Of a DNA stretch of 64,000 bases, positions 39,230-47,765 are shown one piece after another. The translations under genes and the position numbers were made by a program. Each line of letters begins with the position of its first letter. Position 1 is the first letter of the stretch. The stretch is from an uncultured Candidatus Sumerlaeota bacterium (GTDB lineage Bacteria > Sumerlaeota > Sumerlaeia > MVZB01 > JAJFLK01). The DNA lies in NCBI GenBank assembly GCA_964598765.1, contig CAZRCZ010000018.1:19086-83085 (forward strand). The letters are read 5' to 3'. Under the pieces are notes generated by a model. That model was given only the letters and a program-made list of their open reading frames with translations. It ran no database searches and had not been told where the DNA came from.

Positions 39230-41857
39230 TCAAGGATTCTGCGGCATTTCAAAGACGAACGACTTGGGTTCATCAATCGGAAACATGGCCGCGAGCTTTC
39301 CGGCCTCGCGCAAAACTTGATAAACGGCGTTGGCTCGCCCTCCGAAGATTTCGCGTTCGCTTTTCCCGAAGACCACGTAGCGGACGCCCAAATCCTTCGC
39401 CGCCTTGCGCATCGTCGCCGCGTCGGGAGCGTTGTAGAGGGCCAACACTTTCCGTTTATTTTCCTGAATCAATTCGTCCCCTTTGCCGAATCCGCGCCAT
39501 TGTCCCTCGTGGTGTTCCCAGCCGAGAGGAATTGGGCGTCCGGCGATGCTCGCCACGCGCCCCACATAAACGTAGGCTCCGCCCTCCTCCTTCACCGCTT
39601 CGGCGAACCGCGTTTGCGGCGGGGTGTATTTGCGGATCCACGCCAGCATCCGCCCCTCGTCGTCGTAATCCTTGAGGTTGGTCAGCCAACTGAAGGCGTC
39701 AAGCGTTCCGTGGCGGGGATACTTGTCGTTTTCCTGCGCCTTGATCGTCCGGCAGGGGATTCCGAAAAAGGTCATCGCCATCACGAACGGGAAGAGCGTC
39801 AGCGTCGCGACGCGGATTCCGAATTGTGCGGGGCGGGGAATTTTCCAATACCAAATCCGCTGAATTCCCATCCATGCGGCGGCGGTGAGGATCGGCCAGA
39901 TCGGATAGGAAAATTTGAAATAGGTGTTGTAGCGCTCCAAATCTCCGGTGTAGGCGTCGTCGAGGAAAAAGAGTTCAATCCCGCCGAGCAGTACGCACGA
40001 GGCGATCAGGAAAACCATGACCAGAGGGCGAAACCAAACCCGTTTGCCCCACGAAAAATTCAGTAGCAGGGCGATCACCGCGATCCAGAGCCACGTCGGG
40101 GTCGGAGGGATCGGCTTGCTTCGCCCGATGGAAAGAAAGATCAAGGCGACTGCCGCCGCCGCGAGCGTGATGGAGCTTTTCCAAATGGCTTTTTTTCGGC
40201 TGAGGATCGTCACGCCGACCGCCGCCGCCAACGCCCCGAAATGAAATCCCCAATGCCGGAAAAGCTGGGGAAGCGTCGAGCGGAGTTTGGGAGGGAGATA
40301 CTTGACCGGACTTTTGGCTTCCAGCTTTTGGAGAGCGGACATTTTCTTCAGTTCTTCCGCGTTTGGAGCAGCAAGCGGCGTTTCCAGCGAACCTTTCGAA
40401 ATAAAAATTCCCGTCAGCATGCTCACGCCGAGTAAAGCGACAATGAGGAGTCTCAAGGCATGACTCGGGGCCCAGTCTCGAAGAGACCAGAGCACTAACG
40501 CCAAGACGGCGAATCCCAGAAAGGCAAATAACCAATGCTGACTCACGAATCCCGTCCAGAGACAGCCAGCTAATCCAATCGGGAGCCATCGCTTTGGATT
40601 GCCCAGCTTTAATCCCAAACCCATCCGCCACAGCAATATCCCGAGCGATCCGATGCCGATCATCGGCGCGACCCAGAGGTTGGAAATTGCTGAAATGACA
40701 CCGAGCGTCAGGAACGAAACAAGCCACAGCGCCAAGCGCACAATTCGCGCGGGTTCTGCGCGACGAGACTGAAACTCACCCTCACTTTTGGTTTGTTCGG
40801 ATTCGGGAGGCGATCGCGGTTTTTCAATTCGCAATCGGAACCAACGATCACCGGCCAGAATGAGCGCAATGAACGCGACCGTCCAAGGGAACGAAAGATG
40901 ATGCGCGTGAAAATCGCCCAGCATTGCCGTCCATGAGGGATATTCGGTGATGTCGCCTTCTTGGAGCGCGCGGGAGGGTTTCCAATAATCATAATTGGAA
41001 AAGACGTCGGTTGGATGTTTCCACAGGTCCTTGAGATAGCGCGGCGCGAGAATGAAAGAGCGCTTATCGGGAGGTTCGGCTTCCCGGCCCACCGTGTAAT
41101 TGTAGGAATCCAACGCCTTTTGAAACGCCAGCGGATTGCCTCCCCAAGCGATGAAGAAGGCTCCCAACGACGCGGAGATCGCGCGGCCGCCGAAACTTCG
41201 GATTAATAAGTAAGATGCTTCCCAGATTAAAGAGATGAGGCGCGAGAACGCCAGCGTGATAACCCATTCGCCGGGGAAGGGTCCGGTCCGTCCGATCCAC
41301 GCCCAGAAAAAATGGCCGAAGTAGTAATAGGCTTGGCGGTGGCCGGAGAGCCAGTAATCGTCCGGGGGCAACCATCGCGCGTGCCAACATGACCAGAAGA
41401 GCATGGCGTTGTCGAATTTTTCCGAACCGACGCCCCCTTGCCCCAAGGCGATGACGGTCATTTCAGGAGTGATGCGGCGGTAGGCCAGAAAGGTCAGGAA
41501 CATCAGCAAGCCGAAAATCTCGACGAATTTTTCCCGCCGCCGCGTCAGCGGATTGGAGAATGGCCAGATTAGACTGATGAAACCTTGCATGTCCGGATCC
41601 ATGCCTTGAAGACGACAGAGACGATGGGCGAGAAACATGAACGCGGCGAACCAAAGCCACGTCGCCCCCCATCCCAGCGGAACGCCGACATGCCCCGCCA
41701 CCCAAACCGTGAAACCAATGATCGCCGGACCCGCGACGCGGGAGATCATCCGGCGGACGTCGGCGCTCATCGGTATCGGCGCGAGCGCGAGACGCATGGG
41801 CCACGAAAAGATTTCGTAAACGAGCCAGAAGGCGAGACCTACCAGAAAATCGGACAT
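39230..41857 (-). CDS. DUF2298 (YYY) GT-C-like membrane protein
   Basis: EKF, PPDDYWLSG...YYYFGH, ITEYP, GDFHAH, NTYFKF, TLDAF, LGWEHHEGQWR. Confidence 0.85.
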   Translation of the reverse strand: MSDFLVGLAFWLVYEIFSWPMRLALAPIPMSADVRRMISRVAGPAIIGFTVWVAGHVGVPLGWGATWLWFAAFMFLAHRLCRLQGMDPDMQGFISLIWPFSNPLTRRREKFVEIFGLLMFLTFLAYRRITPEMTVIALGQGGVGSEKFDNAMLFWSCWHARWLPPDDYWLSGHRQAYYYFGHFFWAWIGRTGPFPGEWVITLAFSRLISLIWEASYLLIRSFGGRAISASLGAFFIAWGGNPLAFQKALDSYNYTVGREAEPPDKRSFILAPRYLKDLWKHPTDVFSNYDYWKPSRALQEGDITEYPSWTAMLGDFHAHHLSFPWTVAFIALILAGDRWFRLRIEKPRSPPESEQTKSEGEFQSRRAEPARIVRLALWLVSFLTLGVISAISNLWVAPMIGIGSLGILLWRMGLGLKLGNPKRWLPIGLAGCLWTGFVSQHWLFAFLGFAVLALVLWSLRDWAPSHALRLLIVALLGVSMLTGIFISKGSLETPLAAPNAEELKKMSALQKLEAKSPVKYLPPKLRSTLPQLFRHWGFHFGALAAAVGVTILSRKKAIWKSSITLAAAAVALIFLSIGRSKPIPPTPTWLWIAVIALLLNFSWGKRVWFRPLVMVFLIASCVLLGGIELFFLDDAYTGDLERYNTYFKFSYPIWPILTAAAWMGIQRIWYWKIPRPAQFGIRVATLTLFPFVMAMTFFGIPCRTIKAQENDKYPRHGTLDAFSWLTNLKDYDDEGRMLAWIRKYTPPQTRFAEAVKEEGGAYVYVGRVASIAGRPIPLGWEHHEGQWRGFGKGDELIQENKRKVLALYNAPDAATMRKAAKDLGVRYVVFGKSEREIFGGRANAVYQVLREAGKLAAMFPIDEPKSFVFEMPQNP

Positions 41858-41888
41858 GCGGGCTTCTTAATTCTTGAATCGTCGCGTC

Positions 41889-41967
41889 ATCCGAGCCGCG
41901 ACCGTAAGGGAGCGTCCAAAGCGCGATCCTTTTGTTTTGGGCGCTCGCTCACGCTCGCGGCTCGGAT
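41889..41967. repeat. REP-like doublet (AGCCGCGACCGTAAGGGAGCG type)
   Basis: ATCCGAGCCGCGACCGTAAGGGAGCG ... CGCTCGCTCACGCTCGCGGCTCGGAT. Confidence 0.75.
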
Positions 41968-42029
41968 TCGCCCCTATCAAAGTTATTGGCGGGAGATTTG
42001 TCAATGAATCTGGTAAAAGAGAGGTTCTT

Positions 42030-43235
42030 ATGCCCGCGAAAAACGCGAAAAGACGCGAAAGAATTTCCGCCTCATTGAAAGGGGAACTCACCTCGATTCG
42101 GAAGAAGGGTTTGTGGCGCGAGTGCGTCGCGCTCGATTCGGCTCCCGGACCTCATATCGTAATCGGGGGGAAAAAATACCTTCATCTTTGCTCCAATAAT
42201 TATTTGGGGTTGGCCACGCATCCGGCTGTCATCGAAGCGGCGCGGAAAGCGGCGAGGGATTGGGGAACCGGCGCGGGCGCGGCGCGGCTTATCACGGGGA
42301 CTTCACGTCCGGCGGTCGAATTGGAGGAAGCCTTGGCGGAGTTCAAGCAAGCCGAAGCCGCGCTTCTTTTTTCTTCCGGCTACCTCGCCAATTTGGGATT
42401 GATCCCGACGCTCGCGGGAAAAGGAGACCTGCTCCTCTGCGACCGATTGAACCATGCCAGCCTGATTGACGCGGCGAGGCTAAGCGGCGCGACGATTCGG
42501 ACTTATCCTCACGGCGACGTCCAAGCCGCGCGCGAAATTCTCAGGAAGGCCCCGCGTGGCGTGAAGAAACTAATCGTGACCGATGGCGTGTTTTCGATGG
42601 ACGGCGATATCGCGCCGCTTGCCCAATTAGATGAGGCCGCCTTGGAATTCGGCGCGTGGTTGATCGTGGACGACGCGCATGGAACGGGCGTCGTCGGACC
42701 GCAGGGGCGCGGAACGTGCGCGGAAATCAGCGTCGCTGGAGATCACGTCATTCAGATCGTCACGCTTTCCAAGGCGCTCGGTTCACAGGGGGGAGCGATC
42801 GTCGGGTCGCGGTCAGTCATTGATCTACTGGTCAACCGCGCGCGGACGTTCATCTTCGAGACCGCGATCGCCCCCCCATGCGTCTCTGCGGCTCATGCCG
42901 CGTTGCAAATTATCCAAACCGATGGGACCCGATTGGAATCGCTTCAGCGGAACATCCAAATTTTGAGGGATGGATTTTCCCGCGCCGGATTTCCGATCCC
43001 CAAGGATTCAGCGCCGATCATTCCCCTCTTGATCGGTGACATCCGTAGGACACTGGAAGCTTTTTCCCGTCTCCGCGCGCGGGGTTATTGGGTCACGCCG
43101 ATCCGTCCGCCGAGCGTCGAGCCGGGCAAATCGCGTCTCAGGGTCACGGTCATGGCGGCGCATGAACCCGCCGACTTGGAGTGCTTTGTTGATGCTTTCT
43201 GCCCGCGAAGCACGCAAAAGACACGAAAAATTTGA
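42030..43235 (+). CDS. bioF: 8-amino-7-oxononanoate synthase
   Basis: SNNYLGL, SSGYLAN, NHASLID, DGVFSMDGD, DDAHG, TLSKALG, IRPPSV...SRLR. Confidence 0.92.
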   Translation: MPAKNAKRRERISASLKGELTSIRKKGLWRECVALDSAPGPHIVIGGKKYLHLCSNNYLGLATHPAVIEAARKAARDWGTGAGAARLITGTSRPAVELEEALAEFKQAEAALLFSSGYLANLGLIPTLAGKGDLLLCDRLNHASLIDAARLSGATIRTYPHGDVQAAREILRKAPRGVKKLIVTDGVFSMDGDIAPLAQLDEAALEFGAWLIVDDAHGTGVVGPQGRGTCAEISVAGDHVIQIVTLSKALGSQGGAIVGSRSVIDLLVNRARTFIFETAIAPPCVSAAHAALQIIQTDGTRLESLQRNIQILRDGFSRAGFPIPKDSAPIIPLLIGDIRRTLEAFSRLRARGYWVTPIRPPSVEPGKSRLRVTVMAAHEPADLECFVDAFCPRSTQKTRKI

Positions 43236-43258
43236 GTTCTTTCGTGTATTTCGCGGGC
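43201..43258. repeat. Periodic inverted-repeat element (CGCGAAA type) spanning bioF stop and abutting dtd stop; additional arm at 42032-42060
   Basis: GCCCGCGAAGCACGCAAAAGACACGAAA ... TTTCGTGTATTTCGCGGGC. Confidence 0.8.
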
Positions 43259-43716
43259 TACTTTCCAAAACCTAATTCTTCCGAATTAAGCCAAATCGTC
43301 ACCGGCCCATCGTTGACCAGATGAACGTCCATCATCGCGCCGAAGCGTCCGGTGGCGACGCGGACACCGGCGGCGCGCAGAATTTCAACGAATCGGTCGA
43401 AGAGTCGCGCCGCGGTTTCCGGCGGGGCGGCTTGCAGGAAATTGGGGCGACGCCCCTTCCGGCAATCGGCGTGAAGCGTGAATTGTGAAACGGCTAGAAT
43501 CGCGCCGCCGGCTTCGAGGAGCGAGCGGTTCATTTTACCCGCCTCGTCGGCAAGGATGCGCAGGTTGACGATTTTTTGAGCCATCGGCCCCAGCGTCGCC
43601 TCGGCGTCCTCTTGGCCGATGCCGACCAAAAGAAGCAAGCCCGCGTCAATCGCGCCGATTGTTTCCTCCTCGACGACAACCGAAGCGGACCGGACTCTTT
43701 GAACTAAGACGCGCAT
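43258..43716 (-). CDS. dtd: D-aminoacyl-tRNA deacylase
   Basis: [29 protein letters not shown]. Confidence 0.97.
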   Translation of the reverse strand: MRVLVQRVRSASVVVEEETIGAIDAGLLLLVGIGQEDAEATLGPMAQKIVNLRILADEAGKMNRSLLEAGGAILAVSQFTLHADCRKGRRPNFLQAAPPETAARLFDRFVEILRAAGVRVATGRFGAMMDVHLVNDGPVTIWLNSEELGFGK

Positions 43717-43723
43717 GGGCTTG

Positions 43724-43752
43724 ATTATCTCCCGCGCTTTCGGTTATTGGAA
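43724..43752 (-). promoter_or_regulatory. Putative leaderless sigma70 promoter of dtd
   Basis: TTCCAA-17 nt-GATAAT-7 nt-ATG. Confidence 0.5.
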
Positions 43753-43784
43753 GTCGTTGTCATCTTGCATGGGAGCGGGACGAG

Positions 43785-44072
43785 TTGAAAATTACGGGGC
43801 TTATATAGCTGGAGAGCATTGTTGAAAAACTGTTCAGGAAGCACGGCGTCGCTCGGAATAAGGTTAAGGAAGTCTTCGACGATTCTACACATGTTCGATT
43901 TGTTGAAAAGGGAGATCGGGTCGGCGAGAATGTTTACGTAGCCTTTGGGCGAACGGAGGCAGGACGGTATTTAACGGTGTATTTCGTTCGCAAGAAAGAC
44001 GGATGGGCGTTGGTTTTGTCCGCGCGAGAAATGACCAAACGGGAGAAGCAACAATGCCGCAGGCAAAAGTGA
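43785..44072 (+). pseudogene. BrnT-family toxin with in-frame TAG at codon 8
   Basis: MKITGLI*LESIVEKLFRKHGV...RFVEKG...YVAFGRTEAGRYLTVYF...VLSAREMTKREK; missing from the ORF track. Confidence 0.8.
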
Positions 44073-44332
44073 AGAGAAGGAAAACTGCCATTTCGCGGGC
44101 CGAGAGCTACGAGGAGATCGCCCAATTTTGGGCGACCCACGATCTGGCCGATTATTGGGATCGGACCCGTCCCGTGAAGATGAAGGCGGAAATTCGGAGG
44201 GAAAAGAGTTATTTTCCCGTCGAAAAGTCCCTGTCGAGCAAAATCATTTCCGTTGCCAGACGACGCGGAGTGTCCACCGAGAGGCTGGTCAACGCGTGGC
44301 TCCGGGAAAAACTGAGACACGATGCGGTTTAA
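44054..44332 (+). CDS. BrnA/CopG-like antitoxin
   Basis: SYEEIAQFWATHDLADYWD...ARRRGVSTERLVNAWLREKL; overlaps toxin end. Confidence 0.85.
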   Translation: MPQAKVKRRKTAISRAESYEEIAQFWATHDLADYWDRTRPVKMKAEIRREKSYFPVEKSLSSKIISVARRRGVSTERLVNAWLREKLRHDAV

Positions 44333-44376
44333 TGATCTCCCCTGCTCACCAGAGGCCGATGACGTAGATTGAAGAC

Positions 44377-44925
44377 ATGTCCGACGCGACCGACCTCCGA
44401 ATCCTGCTACCCGGCAAATGGAACCTCGCTCTTTCGTGGGAGGGTTTCTTGCGATTTTCGCACAAGAACGTGGCGCGCATGAGGGAAATCCATGATAAGA
44501 TGACCGTTGATCCGCAAGTGGCCGAAGAGGTGAAAGGCTTCGCGATGGAAGCGCGGGTTTTGGTCCTTGCCGGCGACTGGTGCGGCGATTGCGTGACGAA
44601 TCTGCCTCCGATTGCGCGGCTGGCGGAATTGAATCCGAAACTGCAATTTCGGATTTTGGACCGCGACCGGCATGATGATTTGATGGAGCATTTCTTGACC
44701 AACGGAGCGCGGGCGATTCCCAAGGTCATCGCGGCCACGGCCGATTTTGCGAGGATTCGTTTGTGGGGAGCCAGACCGGCGGCGTGTCAGGCGATTATGG
44801 ACGCGAACAAGGGAAAGTTGCCGAAGGAAGAAATAATTCCGATGATTCGGGAGTGGTATGAAAAGGATCAGGGACAGACGACAATGAAAGAAGTGTGGGG
44901 GGAAATCGAAGCGTTGGGAAGGTAG
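44377..44925 (+). CDS. Thioredoxin-family protein (Thioredoxin_9-like)
   Basis: DWCGDC, LTNGARAIP, WGARP. Confidence 0.88.
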   Translation: MSDATDLRILLPGKWNLALSWEGFLRFSHKNVARMREIHDKMTVDPQVAEEVKGFAMEARVLVLAGDWCGDCVTNLPPIARLAELNPKLQFRILDRDRHDDLMEHFLTNGARAIPKVIAATADFARIRLWGARPAACQAIMDANKGKLPKEEIIPMIREWYEKDQGQTTMKEVWGEIEALGR

Positions 44926-44958
44926 CGAACTTAAATTCCGGTTGAATTTTGTCCTCGG

Positions 44959-45053
44959 CCCGTAGGGATCGAATGAATGTAGCCCAGGGTGGAGCCGAAG
45001 GCGGAACCCGGGGTAAAAGACCACCCGTTGATCCGACTCCGAAGGGATCGAAT
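44959..45053. repeat. REP-like element (GTAGCCCAGGG type)
   Basis: GTAGCCCAGGGTGGAGCCGAAGGCGGAACCCGGGGT flanked by CCGTAGGGATCGAAT / CCGAAGGGATCGAAT direct repeats. Confidence 0.65.
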
Positions 45054-45075
45054 AAAATTTATTAGGACACTGACC

Positions 45076-45120
45076 GGGATTAAGATTAAAATTACGATTA
45101 AGAGCAAGAGTAAGACAAAG
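45076..45120 (+). repeat. Solo hexamer-periodic arm
   Basis: GGGATT-AAGATT-AAAATT-ACGATT-AAGAGC-AAGAGT, same units as 39140-39187. Confidence 0.6.
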
Positions 45121-45137
45121 AAATGGGAGGGGAACGG

Positions 45138-46346
45138 ATGAACACGAACGATATTTTGCGGCGGACGCGGGCGATGAGGCAAAGGCTTGCGCTCATTGGG
45201 TTGATCGGCGCGGTGGCTTGGACAAGGGTAGTTGCCGCCGAGTCATTGCCCGATCCGAAAAAATTGGGAGCCTATCCGGTCGGCGTGACGACGATCGAGT
45301 TGGTGGATAACAGCCGAACCGACTCGGCGACCAATGGTCCCCGCACTTTGCTGACGGAAATCTGGTATCCCGCGACCGACGACTCGCGCGGGCTTCCCAA
45401 AAATAAATTCTCCGATTTCTTTCTGCGTGGCCAGTCGCCGGAATTAAACGACATGCTCAAAAAATTCTTTAAGGTCGGATTGGACGAGATTGACGGACGA
45501 TTTAAGAACGAAGCCGTCCGCGACGCGCGCGTCCGCGAAGGTAAATTTCCGCTCATTATTTTCTCCCACGGCAACGGCGGCATCCGCGCCCAGAACGCTT
45601 TTTGGTGCGATCACATGGCCTCGCACGGTTATATCATCATGTCCGCCGATCACACGGGAAACTGCGCGGCGACCTGTGTCGGTGGCAAGGTGATTCCCTA
45701 CAACGTCGGGCGGATGATGAATTCCTCGCAGGAACGCCCCAAGGATGTTTCGTTTCTGATCGACACGATGGGGCGGATGAACGCCGGGGCCGACAGCCGG
45801 TTCGCCGGACGGGTCGAGATGGACAAAATCGGCGTCGCGGGACATTCCTACGGCGGCTATACCTGCGGCGCGGTCATTGAGTCCGACAAGCGAGTCAAGG
45901 CGATCATCCCGATGACGCCGGTCTGGCCGACGCGGACCAACTTCACGACGCCACTCCTGATTTTCCTTGCGAGCGAGGATAAGACGCTCGGAGCCATGAC
46001 CAATCAAACGATCCGTCACCGATACGAGGAATCGAAGGGACCGCATTATTTCGTCGAGATCGTGGACGGCGGGCATTTCACCTATACCGATATGTTTCAG
46101 GCCGATCCCAATTTCGGCGACGGTGTCGGCAAAGGGCGTCGGATCACGCGCCCGGGCGAGGAAATCACGTATTTGCCCGCCGACATCGCGCATGAGATCA
46201 CCGACTCCTACAGCGTTGCTTTCTTCGGGGTTTATCTGAAAGGACAGAGCGGATACGAGGATTTCTTGGAGAAAAACCATTACGGCGACAAGATCATCCA
46301 CAAGTGTTGCCTGCCGCAGACGGTCAGCGTCGCCGGCTCACAGTAG
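45138..46346 (+). CDS. Secreted alpha/beta hydrolase (PAF-acetylhydrolase/dienelactone-like)
   Basis: GAYPVG, IWYPA, FSHG, GHSYGG nucleophile elbow. Confidence 0.85.
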   Translation: MNTNDILRRTRAMRQRLALIGLIGAVAWTRVVAAESLPDPKKLGAYPVGVTTIELVDNSRTDSATNGPRTLLTEIWYPATDDSRGLPKNKFSDFFLRGQSPELNDMLKKFFKVGLDEIDGRFKNEAVRDARVREGKFPLIIFSHGNGGIRAQNAFWCDHMASHGYIIMSADHTGNCAATCVGGKVIPYNVGRMMNSSQERPKDVSFLIDTMGRMNAGADSRFAGRVEMDKIGVAGHSYGGYTCGAVIESDKRVKAIIPMTPVWPTRTNFTTPLLIFLASEDKTLGAMTNQTIRHRYEESKGPHYFVEIVDGGHFTYTDMFQADPNFGDGVGKGRRITRPGEEITYLPADIAHEITDSYSVAFFGVYLKGQSGYEDFLEKNHYGDKIIHKCCLPQTVSVAGSQ

Positions 46347-46349
46347 CTT

Positions 46350-47765
46350 GTGACTTCGGATTTACCCAAGGCGGAGCCGCTCGGCCATGAATTTCACCGG
46401 CGGAGGATTCCCTTTGGCGCAAACCGAACGCTCCTAACGCTCTTTTTTTTCGTGCAGATTCGCCTGCTGGTCGTTGCGCCGACGACGGTCAATCTTCGCC
46501 ATCCCGACACGCGGAGCTATCTGAATGACCGGTTTCATTCCGTCATCGAAACGGTCCCGTTCTTTCAGAAAATTCGCTGGCAACGTCCGCCGGTTTATCC
46601 GTTATTCCTGCGTCTATGTTCCGGCGTGGCCGATCTCCGTCTGGCCCAAGGGCTTCAACGGGCAGTCAACCTTCAACTGATTCTTTCCGGATTGGCCTTC
46701 GGCGGATTAGCTCTGGTCTTGTTTCGCCGTTGCGTCCGGACGCTCCCCGCCGGAATTGCCGTCGTTGGTTTTCTTGCCCTGCTTTCGATCTCCGTTTATT
46801 CCGGTCCGTGGGATGAGTTGATCATGACCGAATCGCTGGCCGTGTCGCTCTTCGTCGCGCTTCTGGCCGGTCTGCTCGAATTTTGGAATCGTCCATCTAA
46901 AACGTGGTTGGCGCTTTGCGCCGCTATTCTCATTCTTGCCGCCGGAATCCGCGACGCGAACGCCTTCATTCCCGTTTGCCTAATCCCGTTTTGCGGCATG
47001 GGCATCCTGCCCAAAAAGAAATGGAAGACCCCGTGCATCGCTCTCTGCTTAGTCGCGCTCGGCTCTTGGTCCTGGTTATCCTCCATCAAGGAGCGCCGCT
47101 TGGAAGCCCCGCTGACCAACGTCCTCTCAAAGGAAATTCTGAGCGACGAAGGGAACTTCGATTTGTTTGTCCAAAGATACGAACTGCCGCCCCGCTTCAA
47201 GCCTCTGGTCGGAAAACTTTATTACGACGGCTGGGCGGGAGATCGTGAATACCTTGATTGGCTCCATCGCCGGGGGCGATTTGCCTATCTTTCATTTCTA
47301 CTCTCGCATCCGGCGTTCGTTGAGGGTCGTCTGCACGCCGCCATTGCCGATCGCGCTCGTGAATTGGCCGATGCGCCTTCGTTGGTCGCTTACTTTGATC
47401 CCGAAGGGATTGAGCGTTTGGGCGGATCGCGACGAACCTTGTGCTGGGGCGTGACTTGGATTTTGTCGCTTCCGTTTCTGATTACGGTTCGCCTACTAGG
47501 AGCCTATGCCCTTTGGGGCGTGTTGATCTTCACTATCGGGTGGTCAATGTTAAGTCTGAAACGCAAAAGAAACGCCGCGCTTGCGGCGTTGTTTGGATTT
47601 CTCCTTCTCAACGCCACAACGCAATCCCTCTCGGCCTCGTTCCTTGATGCCATGGAGGATCACCGTCACGCGCTCTTGGCGGATTTTTCACTGATCCTCT
47701 TATTTTACCTCGGGGCGATCACGGCTCTGTTGGAGCCGCGTCTCAGTCGCGGCTCTACCAACTGA
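46350..47765 (+). CDS. Polytopic membrane protein, GT-C-like
   Basis: PDTRSY, RPPVYPLF, IMTESL, many TMs. Confidence 0.65.
   Translation: MTSDLPKAEPLGHEFHRRRIPFGANRTLLTLFFFVQIRLLVVAPTTVNLRHPDTRSYLNDRFHSVIETVPFFQKIRWQRPPVYPLFLRLCSGVADLRLAQGLQRAVNLQLILSGLAFGGLALVLFRRCVRTLPAGIAVVGFLALLSISVYSGPWDELIMTESLAVSLFVALLAGLLEFWNRPSKTWLALCAAILILAAGIRDANAFIPVCLIPFCGMGILPKKKWKTPCIALCLVALGSWSWLSSIKERRLEAPLTNVLSKEILSDEGNFDLFVQRYELPPRFKPLVGKLYYDGWAGDREYLDWLHRRGRFAYLSFLLSHPAFVEGRLHAAIADRARELADAPSLVAYFDPEGIERLGGSRRTLCWGVTWILSLPFLITVRLLGAYALWGVLIFTIGWSMLSLKRKRNAALAALFGFLLLNATTQSLSASFLDAMEDHRHALLADFSLILLFYLGAITALLEPRLSRGSTN

Noticed and set aside
41874-42029. N-terminal extension of BioF in the ORF track
   Set aside because: Runs through a REP doublet; a GAGG RBS supports ATG 42030
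43806-43808. TAG recoding (alternative genetic code)
   Set aside because: TAG terminates intact genes here (mazG, dtd, murE); a single nonsense mutation is simpler
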